From positions 238,716 through 302,715 of the forward strand of contig CAWEAL010000003.1 in NCBI GenBank assembly GCA_963807035.1: a stretch of DNA of 64,000 nt, read 5' to 3'. Made by a program: the position numbers and the translations under genes. Origin of the DNA: an uncultured Chloroflexia bacterium (lineage in GTDB: Bacteria > Chloroflexota > Limnocylindria > Limnocylindrales > CSP1-4). The notes beneath the pieces were generated by a model. It had not been told where the DNA came from. It saw only the letters and a list, made by a program, of their open reading frames with translations, and searched no databases. Below are positions 1 through 9,092 of this stretch, in pieces. Position 1 is the stretch's first letter. Each line of letters opens with the position of its first letter.

Positions 1-600
1 GTCAAGGCCGGCGACACGCTCGATTCGATCGCGGCCCAGACAGGCATGTCGGCCGGCGACATCTACACCTACAACAACCTGACCGATCAGACCCTGGTCA
101 TCGGCCAGGTCCTGATCGTGCCCGACGCCCTGGGCAAGCCGATCCCGACCCCGGCCGCCACGCCCCGTCCGGTGACCAACACCTCCGGATCGGGCACCCG
201 GGCCAAGGCCCCGGCCAGTTACTCGGGCGGCGCCTTCGCCTGGCCCGTACCGGGCGGCTGGATCAGCCAGTACTTCCACGCCAGCCATCCGGCGATCGAC
301 ATCGCCGCGCCCGAGGGGACCCGGGTCCTGGCCGCAGCCGCCGGGACCGTGATCTGGGCCGGCTGGAAGGACAACGGCGGGGGCTACCAGGTCTGGATCG
401 CTCACGGCAGCGGCCTGTTCACCACCTACAACCACATGTCGGCCGTCCTCGTCTCGGTGGGCCAGCACGTCGGTCGGGCGCAGCAGGTGGGCCGGGTCGG
501 AATGACCGGCAACGCGACCGGGCCGCACTGCCACTTCGAGGTGTGGAAGGGGATGGTCTGGGGCGACGGCGTTCGGGTCAACCCGCTGCCGTACTTCTAG
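1..600 (+). CDS. LysM-domain / M23 family metallopeptidase, 5' end outside window
   Basis: Frame is open from nt 1 (VKAGDTLDSIAAQTG.., LysM-like). M23 signatures follow: HPAIDIAAPEGT and GNATGPHCHFEV. Stop at 598-600. Confidence 0.85.
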   Translation, partial: VKAGDTLDSIAAQTGMSAGDIYTYNNLTDQTLVIGQVLIVPDALGKPIPTPAATPRPVTNTSGSGTRAKAPASYSGGAFAWPVPGGWISQYFHASHPAIDIAAPEGTRVLAAAAGTVIWAGWKDNGGGYQVWIAHGSGLFTTYNHMSAVLVSVGQHVGRAQQVGRVGMTGNATGPHCHFEVWKGMVWGDGVRVNPLPYF

Positions 601-670
601 GCCGGTTCGCGCGGGCGCCGATGGCCGGCGCCGGGCGCGGACCAGCCATGGGTGTGCGACGATCGCCGCG

Positions 671-1966
671 ATGTTCCTCGACCGCGTCCGAATCCTGGTG
701 CGCGCCGGTGACGGCGGCGACGGCGCCGCGACGTTCCGGCGAGAGGCCCACGTCCCCCGCGGTGGGCCCGATGGCGGCGACGGTGGCCGGGGCGGCTCGA
801 TCGCGTTGCGGGTCGATCCGGGCCAGACGACCCTGCGCGATTATCGCGAGCATCGCCAGTTCAAGGCCGGCTCCGGCGGACGCGGCACGAGCTCGAAACG
901 CCACGGCCGGGCCGGTCCGGACCTGAGCCTGTCGGTGCCACCCGGAACCGCGGTCTACGACGATGCCAGCGGGGCCCTGCTGGCGGATCTCGTCAGTGTC
1001 GAGCAGGTGACCGAGGTTGCCCGGGGCGGCCGCGGCGGCCTCGGCAACGTCCATTTCACGACCGCCACCCATCGCGCTCCAAAACACGCCCAGAAGGGCG
1101 AGCCCGGTGAGGAGCGCTGGCTCCGCCTCGAGTTGCGCTTGTTGGCCGACGTTGGCCTGGTCGGCCTGCCCAACGCCGGCAAGTCGACCCTGCTGGCCGC
1201 CCTGACGGCCGCCACCCCGAAGATCGCCGACTACCCGTTCACCACCCTCGAGCCCAACCTCGGGGTCCTCGACTTCGGGATGGACGATGGCCGCCGACCG
1301 ACGATCGCCGACGTCCCCGGCCTGATCGAGGGTGCGAGCGCCGGAGCCGGCCTCGGTCATGCCTTCCTGCGCCATGTCGAGCGGACGCGGGTCCTCGTCC
1401 ATGTCGTGGACGGCTCGTCGCGCGATCCCGAGTGGGACCACCGGGTGATCCGCGACGAGCTCGCGGCCCACGACCCGGTGCTGCTCGAGCGGCCGATGCT
1501 GGTCGCCTTCAACAAGATGGACCTGCCCGCGGCGGTGGCCGCCTGGCCGGCATTCCTCGCGGCCCGTCAGCGCGACGGCACGCCGGTCGTGGCCGTGGCC
1601 GCGGCGCGCGGCGACGGACTGGACGAGCTGCGGGCGGCGCTCGCCCGGATGCTCCCCTCGGCCGCCGAGCTGGGCATCCCGCCCGAGCCGGCCGGTGTCG
1701 TCGTGCACACGATCGCCGGGATGGACGAGGGCTTCAGCGTCGACATCGAGGCCGACGGCGCGTTCCGGGTCCGCGGCCGCCGGATCGAGCGGATCGCCGC
1801 CCAGACCGACTTCGAGAACGAGGAGTCGGCCGAGCGGTTCCAGCACGACCTGGCCCGCCTCGGGATCGAGACCGAGCTGCGCCGGCGGGGTGTCGTGTCG
1901 GGCGACACGGTCCGGATCGGCCGGGTCGAGCTCGAATGGGACCGCCAGCCGTGGGAGTCCGCTTGA
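671..1966 (+). CDS. obg: GTPase Obg
   Basis: Obg fold MFLDRVRILVRAGDGGDGAATFRRE..GGPDGGDGGRGG. G motifs GLPNAGKST, DVPGLIEGA, NKMD. C-terminal OCT-like domain. Confidence 0.95.
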   Translation: MFLDRVRILVRAGDGGDGAATFRREAHVPRGGPDGGDGGRGGSIALRVDPGQTTLRDYREHRQFKAGSGGRGTSSKRHGRAGPDLSLSVPPGTAVYDDASGALLADLVSVEQVTEVARGGRGGLGNVHFTTATHRAPKHAQKGEPGEERWLRLELRLLADVGLVGLPNAGKSTLLAALTAATPKIADYPFTTLEPNLGVLDFGMDDGRRPTIADVPGLIEGASAGAGLGHAFLRHVERTRVLVHVVDGSSRDPEWDHRVIRDELAAHDPVLLERPMLVAFNKMDLPAAVAAWPAFLAARQRDGTPVVAVAAARGDGLDELRAALARMLPSAAELGIPPEPAGVVVHTIAGMDEGFSVDIEADGAFRVRGRRIERIAAQTDFENEESAERFQHDLARLGIETELRRRGVVSGDTVRIGRVELEWDRQPWESA

Positions 1967-1983
1967 CCGGCGCCGATCGGCCG

Positions 1984-2595
1984 ATGGGGGTGCTCGGCGG
2001 GACGTTCGATCCGATCCACTACGGCCACCTGGCGATCGCCTCGATCGCGCGCGCGGCCCTCGACCTCGACGGGGTCGTGTTCATCCCGACGAGTCGCCCG
2101 CCACACAAGCCCGGGCAGCAGATCAGCCCGGCCGAGGACCGGCGGGCGATGGTCGCCCTGGCGATCGCCGATGAGCCCGCATTCAGCCTGAGCACGATCG
2201 AGCTCGACCGGCCGGGTCCCTCATACTCGGTTGAAACGCTCGCCGAGCTGGCCGGGGCGGGCTCGGCCGGCAGCCCCCGGCGACCCCTCGAGTTCATCCT
2301 GTCGGCGGAGGCCTTCGCCGGGTTCCCGAGCTGGCGCCAACCGGGCCGGATCCTCGAGCTCGCCCGCCTGGCCATCCTCCCGCGAGACGGCGCCCCGGCG
2401 CTCGACACGGACTGGCTCGATGCCAACCTGCCGAGCTGGCGGGACCGGGTGGACTTCGTCGAGGGGCCGCTCGTGTCGATCTCGGCCTCGACGATCCGCA
2501 ACCGGGTCCGGGCCGGCCTGCCGCTCGACGGGCTCGTGCCCCCGGCGGTCGCGCGCTATATCCATGATCATCGTCTCTACACCAAGACCGACTGA
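1984..2595 (+). CDS. nadD: nicotinate-nucleotide adenylyltransferase
   Basis: GGTFDPIHYGHL nucleotidyltransferase motif and ISASTIR near the C-terminus. ATG 1984; an alternative TTG at 1963 overlaps the obg stop. The upstream part of the tracked 387-aa ORF is out-of-frame obg. Confidence 0.9.
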   Translation: MGVLGGTFDPIHYGHLAIASIARAALDLDGVVFIPTSRPPHKPGQQISPAEDRRAMVALAIADEPAFSLSTIELDRPGPSYSVETLAELAGAGSAGSPRRPLEFILSAEAFAGFPSWRQPGRILELARLAILPRDGAPALDTDWLDANLPSWRDRVDFVEGPLVSISASTIRNRVRAGLPLDGLVPPAVARYIHDHRLYTKTD

Positions 2596-2608
2596 AGGAA
2601 TTGCCGCG

Positions 2609-3082
2609 ATGCCCAAACCCGCCCATGCCGCCGCTACGCCAGCCCCGGAAGCCATGCCCGAGGCAGGGCGGGCGGGGCCGGCCCCCCGGAGCATCGGCCT
2701 GCCCAGGCGGCCACGCCCGAGGCGCAGGGCCGGAGCCAGGTCGTCGCTCGACATGGCCCGCCGGATCGTCGAGCTGGCGGAGGACAAGAAGGCGGCCGAC
2801 ATCCTCCTGCTCGACCTCGAGGGCCTGACCAGCCTGGCGGACGCGTTCGTGATCTGCTCGGGCGGCTCCGAGCGCCAGCTCGAGTCGATCGCCGAGGGGA
2901 TCGTGCGGGGCATGCGCGACGAGGGGATCCGGCCGATCGGCCGCGAGGGGCTGCCCGCATCGCACTGGATCCTGGTCGACTTCGGAGATGTGATCGTGCA
3001 CATCTTCACGCCCCCCGAGCGCGACTACTACGGCCTCGAGAAGCACTGGTCCGAGGCGAAGGCCGTCCTCCGCGTCCAGTAG
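2609..3082 (+). CDS. rsfS: ribosome silencing factor RsfS (iojap-like)
   Basis: Core AADILLLDL..ADAFVICSGGSERQ..WILVDFGDVIVHIF..ERDYYGLE. The N-terminal ~48 aa are low complexity, and ATG 2753 is an alternative start. Confidence 0.85.
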   Translation: MPKPAHAAATPAPEAMPEAGRAGPAPRSIGLPRRPRPRRRAGARSSLDMARRIVELAEDKKAADILLLDLEGLTSLADAFVICSGGSERQLESIAEGIVRGMRDEGIRPIGREGLPASHWILVDFGDVIVHIFTPPERDYYGLEKHWSEAKAVLRVQ

Positions 3083-3210
3083 CAGGCGCGCCCGGCCAGC
3101 AGGCGGTACCAGGCCGGGCGGTACTGCCGGGTCATGTCGGCCGGTTCGTCCGGCAGCGAGCATCGGGGCCCACGGACGCCGCGAGCGTCTCAACCCCGAG
3201 GTCCTGGATC

Positions 3211-3465
3211 GTGTCTCGACTCCGCGAACGCTGTCCCGTCTGCGAACACAAGCTCGTCATCACCCGGTTCGACACGACCTTTCGGCTGCCGGACCGGACC
3301 GAACGCCTGTGCTTCGGCATTCCCGCCGGACTGTGCGAGGACTGCAGCCAGCTGTACATCGACCCGGACCTGATCGAGCTGCTCGACCTCGGTGAGAGCC
3401 GCTGCGTCTTCGCGATCGAGAGCGACCTGGTCGTCCAGGAGCAGGCCTGGTCGAGCGCCGAATAG
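3211..3465 (+). CDS. YgiT/MqsA-type zinc-ribbon protein (hypothetical)
   Basis: CPVCEHKL...22 aa...CEDCSQLY two-CxxC arrangement. GTG start with GAGG 9 nt upstream. Confidence 0.55.
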   Translation: MSRLRERCPVCEHKLVITRFDTTFRLPDRTERLCFGIPAGLCEDCSQLYIDPDLIELLDLGESRCVFAIESDLVVQEQAWSSAE

Positions 3466-3468
3466 GCG

Positions 3469-4518
3469 TCAGCCCCGGATGACGAACTCGCTCAGCCAGA
3501 GCGAGAAGCCGAGTTGACGGGCCCGTTCGCCTGAGCCGCCCGTTCCGGAGCCCTTGACCGTCGCGTCGAGCTCCAGCAACCCGCCGAGCGCCGCCTCCAG
3601 CTCGGCCGGGGTCCAGCGCCGGGCCTGGGTCTCGAGCGTGCGCGCGCGGAACTCATGGAGCTTCATCGCCCGCGCCGCGACCTGCAGGCTGGCACCTCCC
3701 GCCAGCCGATCGGCCAGCTCCAGGAGCTCTCGGATCCGACGATGGAGGAGGACGATGAGGACCGGCTCGGGATGGGCGGCCAGGGCCCGATCGAGCTGGT
3801 CGGACGCGTCGGCGCGGCGCATTCCGACCGCGTCGGTCAGGGCCCAGCGGGAGCTCGGGATCACCTCCGGCACGAGCGCCCGGATGTCCTCCGGGCTGAT
3901 CTCCGCGTCGAGACGATAGAGCCCCGCCTTGGCCAGCTCGCCGGCGGCCAGCTGGCCAAGGCGATCGTGGGTGACGTCCCCGTCCCGGACGAAACCGCCG
4001 ATCCGCTCCGCGAGCGCCTGGGCCGCACCGCGTCCGAGCCGCACGCCGGTCACCTTCGCCCGGTCCTCGATGAACCGGGTCAGGCTGCCCTGGGTGAGCG
4101 CCGGCACGAGCCGGAACTCGCCTCCGGCCGCGATGATCGCAGCCCGCAGCGCCGACCGACTGGCGTCAAGCGGCTTCCTCTCGGAGGGCAGGTCGTCGAC
4201 CTGGTCGACGAACGCGAGGGCATTGCCCGGCGCGACGACGTCGACGAGGGCGAGCAAGGCCGCCCGACCATCCTTCGATCGGAGATGGGCCGAAGGGTCA
4301 ATGACCGCAAGCGTCCCGCCACCGAACATCGCGCCGGTCGAGACGCGCTCGCTGATCGCGTCGATCGTCGTGTCCGAGGCGTCCCTCGGCTGCCAGCGCT
4401 CGAGCGGCTCTCCCTCCGGTCCGGCCGCCCGCCGGCCCAGGCCGTCGGCCGCCGCGTCCAGCTGGAACCGGTCGACGCCATGGTAGTAGGCGAGCGGTGC
4501 CGTCGGGCTGGCGGTCAC
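3469..4518 (-). CDS. holA: DNA polymerase III delta subunit
   Basis: 349-aa ORF directly downstream of comEA-comEC on the same strand. Delta-like length and helical C-terminal half. The call rests largely on conserved synteny. Confidence 0.65.
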   Translation of the reverse strand: MTASPTAPLAYYHGVDRFQLDAAADGLGRRAAGPEGEPLERWQPRDASDTTIDAISERVSTGAMFGGGTLAVIDPSAHLRSKDGRAALLALVDVVAPGNALAFVDQVDDLPSERKPLDASRSALRAAIIAAGGEFRLVPALTQGSLTRFIEDRAKVTGVRLGRGAAQALAERIGGFVRDGDVTHDRLGQLAAGELAKAGLYRLDAEISPEDIRALVPEVIPSSRWALTDAVGMRRADASDQLDRALAAHPEPVLIVLLHRRIRELLELADRLAGGASLQVAARAMKLHEFRARTLETQARRWTPAELEAALGGLLELDATVKGSGTGGSGERARQLGFSLWLSEFVIRG

Positions 4519-5177
4519 CGCCGGCCTCCGCTCTCCGGGGTCGCGTTCAACGCCTCGTCGGGGGTCGCCCGGGCAGCCCGCAGGGCGGGGCCGGTCCAGG
4601 CCAGCCGGCGGACCTCGTCGGGAGCCACGCCCGCCGCCCGGCAGATGTCCGACTCGAGGCGCCGGGCCCGCTGCAGGGCCAGCCCTCGCTCGGCACCGCC
4701 CCAGCCCCGCCCCTCGCCGTAGCGACGCTCCCAGTCGGCGAAGCGGGCGGCCATCGGGCCGAGTCGTTGAGCGGCCCGCTTGTCAGCGTACGCGACGATC
4801 CGCTCTTCGCGCCCGGCGAATGCGGACCAGGTCCGGTAGCGCTCCTCGTCGACGAGCCGGGTGGCGGGATGGTTGGCCACGAGGCGGGCGAGCTCGGGGT
4901 AGCCCTGCTCGGTCAGCCAGGCCGCGCTGCCGTCACCGTGGGGGAGGGCGCGGATCGGGTGGTCCCACGGGAGCCGCTTTCGAACGATCTTGTCGATGTC
5001 GTGGAGGAGCGCCGCTGCCTCGACGGCGGATCGGTTGACGGCGATGCCCCGGCGATCGATCCGGAGCGCCAGCCAGCCGGCGACCTCGGCCACGGCCCGC
5101 GCGTGCCGCAGGGCGCGCGGCGACGGGCTCGTCGAGAGCAGGAGCGCCGCGGCCTCCTGCCGGGTCGGGATGGACAT
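4515..5177 (-). CDS. HD-domain phosphohydrolase
   Basis: MSIPTRQEAAALL.. start. HD signature AALLHDIDK plus downstream YADK. Its stop overlaps the holA GTG as GTGA. The longer tracked ORF (to 5666) is Arg-rich out-of-frame comEC. Confidence 0.75.
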   Translation of the reverse strand: MSIPTRQEAAALLLSTSPSPRALRHARAVAEVAGWLALRIDRRGIAVNRSAVEAAALLHDIDKIVRKRLPWDHPIRALPHGDGSAAWLTEQGYPELARLVANHPATRLVDEERYRTWSAFAGREERIVAYADKRAAQRLGPMAARFADWERRYGEGRGWGGAERGLALQRARRLESDICRAAGVAPDEVRRLAWTGPALRAARATPDEALNATPESGGRR

Positions 5178-6309
5178 CCACCCGATGGTACAGGCCGTCA
5201 TCGGCAGGCGCGGGCGGCCGTTCCGGCGCGGGGGCGGCCGCGACCGTGCCGAACGAAGGCGCCGGGATCCCGCAACGGTATGCCGCCGTTGCCGGGGGGT
5301 CCGCCCGGTACGGACCGGTCGATCCGCCCGCAACGATCCCGCCCGGTCCGGCCGCCACGATCCTGCCCGGCGGTCCTGCGGCCTGGCCGGCCGTTGCTGC
5401 GCCCCCGCGCTCTGCCTGGATGGCCAGGCTATGGCCGTCGAGGACGGCTTCGACACTCCCGTTCCGATCCGTCCGATAGAGCCGTGCGCCGCGCGCCTCG
5501 ATCCGGGCGAGCGTCTCTGGCGCCGGGTGGCCGTATGGATTGACCGCACCGACCGAGATGATCGCCACCCGTGGCCGCACGGCGTCGAGAAAGGCATCGG
5601 TCGACGACGTCCGGCTGCCGTGGTGGGCAACCTTGAGCAGGTCGACCCTGGGCAGGCCGCGGGCAAGGAGGATCGGGTCGATCTCCTGCTCGATGTCGCC
5701 GGTCAGCAGGAAGCGCTGCGTGCCGAACGTGCCGAGCAGGACGATCGACACGTTGTTGATCGAGGTGCCGCCGTCAGGCGGATCGCGCGGCACGGCCGAT
5801 CGATCGGGCCACAGGACGCGCAGGCCGACCGAGTCGAGCTGCAGGCGGTCGCCGGTCGAGAGGAGCGCGGGCGTGCGGGCCTCGAAGTCGAGATCCGATC
5901 GGAAGGCCCGGTAGGCGGGCCCCGGCCCGAGCATCCCCGGCTCGAAGATCCGGCCGATCCGGTAGCTCTGGACGAGTCGGGGCAGCCCGCCGGCATGGTC
6001 CTCGTGCGGGTGGCTGAGGATCAGGACGTCGATCCGCCGATCCCAGGGCGGGAAGCGGGCGTCGAGCTCGAGGATCAGCCGATCGGGGTCCGGCCCGCCG
6101 TCGACCAGCAGCCGGCTGCCGGCGTCGCCTTCGACCAGGATCGCGTCGCCCTGGCCGACGTCGAGCACCGTGATGTGGACTGCCCCGTCCGGCCGCGCGG
6201 CGAAGCCCGCGCCGAGGATGGTCAGGGCCAGGGCGAGCCCGGCGAGGCCGGCACCGACCAGCCGGCCCGGGCGTTCCACCCGCCGTTCCGGTGAGGCTCG
6301 GCTCGTCAT
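4933..6309 (-). CDS. comEC: ComEC C-terminal half: one TM helix plus metallo-beta-lactamase domain, as a separate ORF
   Basis: MTSRASPE.. start. TM helix LVGAGLAGLALALTILGAG. MBL motifs VLDVGQGDA, SHPHEDHAGG, KVAHHGS. The ATG overlaps the upstream stop as ATGA. The last ~80 codons overlap the HD gene. Confidence 0.8.
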   Translation of the reverse strand: MTSRASPERRVERPGRLVGAGLAGLALALTILGAGFAARPDGAVHITVLDVGQGDAILVEGDAGSRLLVDGGPDPDRLILELDARFPPWDRRIDVLILSHPHEDHAGGLPRLVQSYRIGRIFEPGMLGPGPAYRAFRSDLDFEARTPALLSTGDRLQLDSVGLRVLWPDRSAVPRDPPDGGTSINNVSIVLLGTFGTQRFLLTGDIEQEIDPILLARGLPRVDLLKVAHHGSRTSSTDAFLDAVRPRVAIISVGAVNPYGHPAPETLARIEARGARLYRTDRNGSVEAVLDGHSLAIQAERGGAATAGQAAGPPGRIVAAGPGGIVAGGSTGPYRADPPATAAYRCGIPAPSFGTVAAAPAPERPPAPADDGLYHRVDVHPDPAGGRGAPALDEPVAARPAARAGRGRGRRLAGAPDRSPGHRRQPIRRRGSGAPPRHRQDRSKAAPVGPPDPRPPPR

Positions 6310-7850
6310 CCGCTCCTCCCCGACGGGACGCCGCCGCGCCCGAGGAGGTGACCGGCAGCGACCGAGCCGAGCACGATCGCCGCGGCCAGCCCGGCGCCGG
6401 CGAGGTTCCACGGCGGTGGCAGCGTCACGCTCGCGAATGGCAGCTGCGCCGCGAACCGGACGAGCCAGATCATCGCGCCGAGCGCGGCCCAGGCGGGCAG
6501 CCCGAGGACCGTCACGACCAGCTGGGGCAACCCAATTCCGCCGAGCCAGCCGGCCGCCAGGGCGACCGCGCCGGCCGCCATGGCCACGGGCACGAGCGGG
6601 ACGATCACGAGGTTCGCGAGCGGCGCGACGAGCGCCAGGCGACCGAACGTGGCCAGGACGACTGGCAACGTCGCGGCCTCGGCCGCGATCGAGATCGCGA
6701 GGCTCTCCGCCAGCCAGGCGGGAGGTCCGGTGCCTTCGAATCGAACCCGACCGAGCCGCCCGGCCAGTGGCGCCGACCAGGCAATCAGGCCCGCCGTGGC
6801 CAGGCCCGACAGCTCGAAGCCCGGGTCGGCCACCGTGCCCGGATCGATCAGCAGCAGGGCGGCGATCGCCCAGCCGAGCGCCCCCAACGCGGGACCGGAC
6901 CGGCCGTTGGCCCGGGCGGTCAGCCCGATCCCGGCCATCACCGCAGCCCGGTTCACCGACGGTGACGCGCCGGCGACGAGGGCATAGGCCACGATCGCGC
7001 TGAGCGTCACGATCGTTCGCGTCCGTGCCCCGGCCCGGCCGAGCAGGGCACCGACCAGGGCAGCCACGATCGCGATGTTCCAGCCCGAGATCGCGACGAT
7101 GTGGGAAACCCCGGCGGTCGTGAAGGCGGCCGCCAGCTCACGGTCGACCCGCTCCCGGAGTCCGACGAGGATCCCGCTGGCCAGGCCGGCCTGCGGCTCG
7201 GGCAGCGCCCGGGCGAGCGCCGCGGCCGAGCCTTCCCGGATCCCGTCGAGAAGACCGACCACGCCGGCCGGCCCCGACAGTCGCACGAGGATCGGTGAGC
7301 GGAGCGAGCCGGCTGCCCCGATCCGACGGAGGTAGCCGCCGAAGTCGTCGTCACCCGGCGCCCGGACACCGCCGCTCACCGCGATCCGGTCTCCCGGGCC
7401 GATCTCCGGGTAGCGCGGCAGGAGCGCCTCGACCGGCGATCCGCTGGCGGCGCCGGGGTCGTCGAGCTCGATCAGGGCGATCTGCTCGGCTGCCTTGGGC
7501 GAACCGACGCTGTCCACCGTCGCTGTGTGTCCGCCCGCTCCCGCGAGCCCGGTCGGGTCGGGCCTGGCCTGGAGCGCGACCGTGGCCTGGTTGGTCATCA
7601 GGGCCGTCCGCCCGAACATCATCAGGGCGCCGATTGCCAGGAACAGGCCGGCCCGGACTGCTCCGGCTCCAGCGCTGCCGGCGCGCGATCGGCCGAGCCG
7701 AAGGCCGGCGATCGAGCCGGCGAGCAGCAGCCCCGCCAGGGCGGCGGCAACGCTCACCGGGCCGCCCCCGGCATCCCCCAGGACAGCGCCGGACACCGCG
7801 CCCAGGGCCAGCCAGCCACTCCGTGGCAGGCGCGCGGGATCGTTCACCAA
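6306..7850 (-). CDS. comEC: ComEC N-terminal half: DUF4131-like plus Competence (Rec2) polytopic membrane domain
   Basis: Many TM segments. Core FTTAGVSHIVAISGWNIAIV is typical of the ComEC channel domain. It sits 3 nt downstream of comEA. Confidence 0.8.
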   Translation of the reverse strand: MVNDPARLPRSGWLALGAVSGAVLGDAGGGPVSVAAALAGLLLAGSIAGLRLGRSRAGSAGAGAVRAGLFLAIGALMMFGRTALMTNQATVALQARPDPTGLAGAGGHTATVDSVGSPKAAEQIALIELDDPGAASGSPVEALLPRYPEIGPGDRIAVSGGVRAPGDDDFGGYLRRIGAAGSLRSPILVRLSGPAGVVGLLDGIREGSAAALARALPEPQAGLASGILVGLRERVDRELAAAFTTAGVSHIVAISGWNIAIVAALVGALLGRAGARTRTIVTLSAIVAYALVAGASPSVNRAAVMAGIGLTARANGRSGPALGALGWAIAALLLIDPGTVADPGFELSGLATAGLIAWSAPLAGRLGRVRFEGTGPPAWLAESLAISIAAEAATLPVVLATFGRLALVAPLANLVIVPLVPVAMAAGAVALAAGWLGGIGLPQLVVTVLGLPAWAALGAMIWLVRFAAQLPFASVTLPPPWNLAGAGLAAAIVLGSVAAGHLLGRGGVPSGRSG

Positions 7851-7853
7851 GGG

Positions 7854-8657
7854 TCAGCCGACCGAGACGAGCTTCTTGATCTTGGCGAACTCGGCCGCCC
7901 CGACGAGCTTCCGGCTGAGCAGGTCGTCGACCGAGCGAAACGCATGCGCCGTGCGCGAGGCGATGATCTTCGCGACGGTCACCGGCCCGACACCGGGCAG
8001 CGCGTCGAGCTCCTCGGCCGTGGCGGTGTTCAGGTTGACCGGGCCGGCCCGGACGGGGGCGCTCGAACCCGGCTGGGTGAGAGACGATCCCGACCCCGCC
8101 CCGGCCGGGTCGTCCCGGGACGGGACGAGGATGCGGTCGCCGTCCGCGACCCGGGCCGCAAGGTTCAGCTCCGCCGTTGCCCGGGCGATGTCGATCCGGG
8201 GGCCGTACCCGCCCGCCGCCGCGATCGCGTCGGCGACCCGCGCGCCTGCGGCCAGGTGGTACAGGCCGGGGCGGGCCACGGCGCCGGCCACCTCGACCAC
8301 GATCCGGTCAGGTGGGTCGGAAGCAGCGGCTCCGTCGCTGACCGTCGGCAGCTCGCCCGACGGATCGGGATTCTGGCCCGTCGAACCGCCTCCATCGCCA
8401 CCAGCCACGACGCTCCCCGGGCCATCGCCGGGCGAGAGCGCCGGGCTGTCGCCGCCGGCGGCGTTGACGCTGACGACCGCCGACCCGCTCGACCCGAGCA
8501 GGACGACGACGCCGGCCAGGGCGAACGCCGCGGCCAACGCGCCGGCCAGCAACCAGCGGCCTTCCGGCCGGAACGGCTGATCACGCGCCGGTTCCCCGGT
8601 CGCCGCTGAGCCGCCCGGATCCTCGAGGGCGCGCCACGGCGAAGTGGTTCGATCCAC
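7854..8657 (-). CDS. comEA: ComEA DNA receptor (TM anchor, SLBB-like domain, helix-hairpin-helix)
   Basis: TM WLLAGALAAAFALAGVVVLL. VVEVAGAVARPGLYHL. C-terminal LNTATAEELDALPGVGPVTVAKII. GTG 8657 is preceded by GGGGAGAGG. The extension of the tracked ORF to 8891 is Pro/Arg/His junk. Confidence 0.8.
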   Translation of the reverse strand: MDRTTSPWRALEDPGGSAATGEPARDQPFRPEGRWLLAGALAAAFALAGVVVLLGSSGSAVVSVNAAGGDSPALSPGDGPGSVVAGGDGGGSTGQNPDPSGELPTVSDGAAASDPPDRIVVEVAGAVARPGLYHLAAGARVADAIAAAGGYGPRIDIARATAELNLAARVADGDRILVPSRDDPAGAGSGSSLTQPGSSAPVRAGPVNLNTATAEELDALPGVGPVTVAKIIASRTAHAFRSVDDLLSRKLVGAAEFAKIKKLVSVG

Positions 8658-8701
8658 GGACCTCTCCCCGGCGGGATCGAGGCGGGTATGGCGGCGGACA
8701 G

Positions 8702-8766
8702 TGCGAGTGGGTGGGCGTGGCGAGTGGGCGTGGCGAGTGGGGGCGGCGAGTCGGCCCGGCGAGTGG
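8702..8766. repeat. degenerate 13-nt tandem repeat (GCGTGGCGAGTGG), about 5 copies
   Basis: Read directly: cgagtgggtgg gcgtggcgagtgg gcgtggcgagtgg gggcggcgagtcg gcccggcgagtgg. Confidence 0.6.
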
Positions 8767-9092
8767 TGCGACGGCCCTATCGCGGCCGGGATGGGGGCAG
8801 GCTCCGGGCGGGTATGTCGGCGACGAGCCGGCCGGCTGAACGCTGCCCGGCCAGCCCGACGGGGATGATGCATCCACTGCGGCGGGGGCACTTCCGATCC
8901 GCAGTGGATGTGGTCGGAGACTAGCCCGGCCCGCTTAGCTGCGGCTTATCTGGGGGCCAGTTGGACACCGGATCTTGTCAGATCGTCCGCTGGCGAATGA
9001 CGGCGCACGCTCGGCGGCGTCGCGCTCAGCCTGCCCCGCCGGCCACCCCTGCCGCCGCAGGGCCATATCACCCGAGACCGTAGACTTACCGG

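Noticed and set aside
6300-6315. Programmed -1 frameshift joining the two ComEC halves.
   Set aside because: There is no slippery heptamer. A proper ATG overlaps the stop (ATGA), and the second frame is junk upstream of that ATG. Ordinary translational coupling explains it better.
8658-8891. N-terminal extension of comEA up to ATG 8891.
   Set aside because: The sequence is Pro/Arg/His-rich and crosses the 13-nt tandem repeat. GTG 8657 has a good RBS and leaves a normal cytoplasmic tail plus TM.
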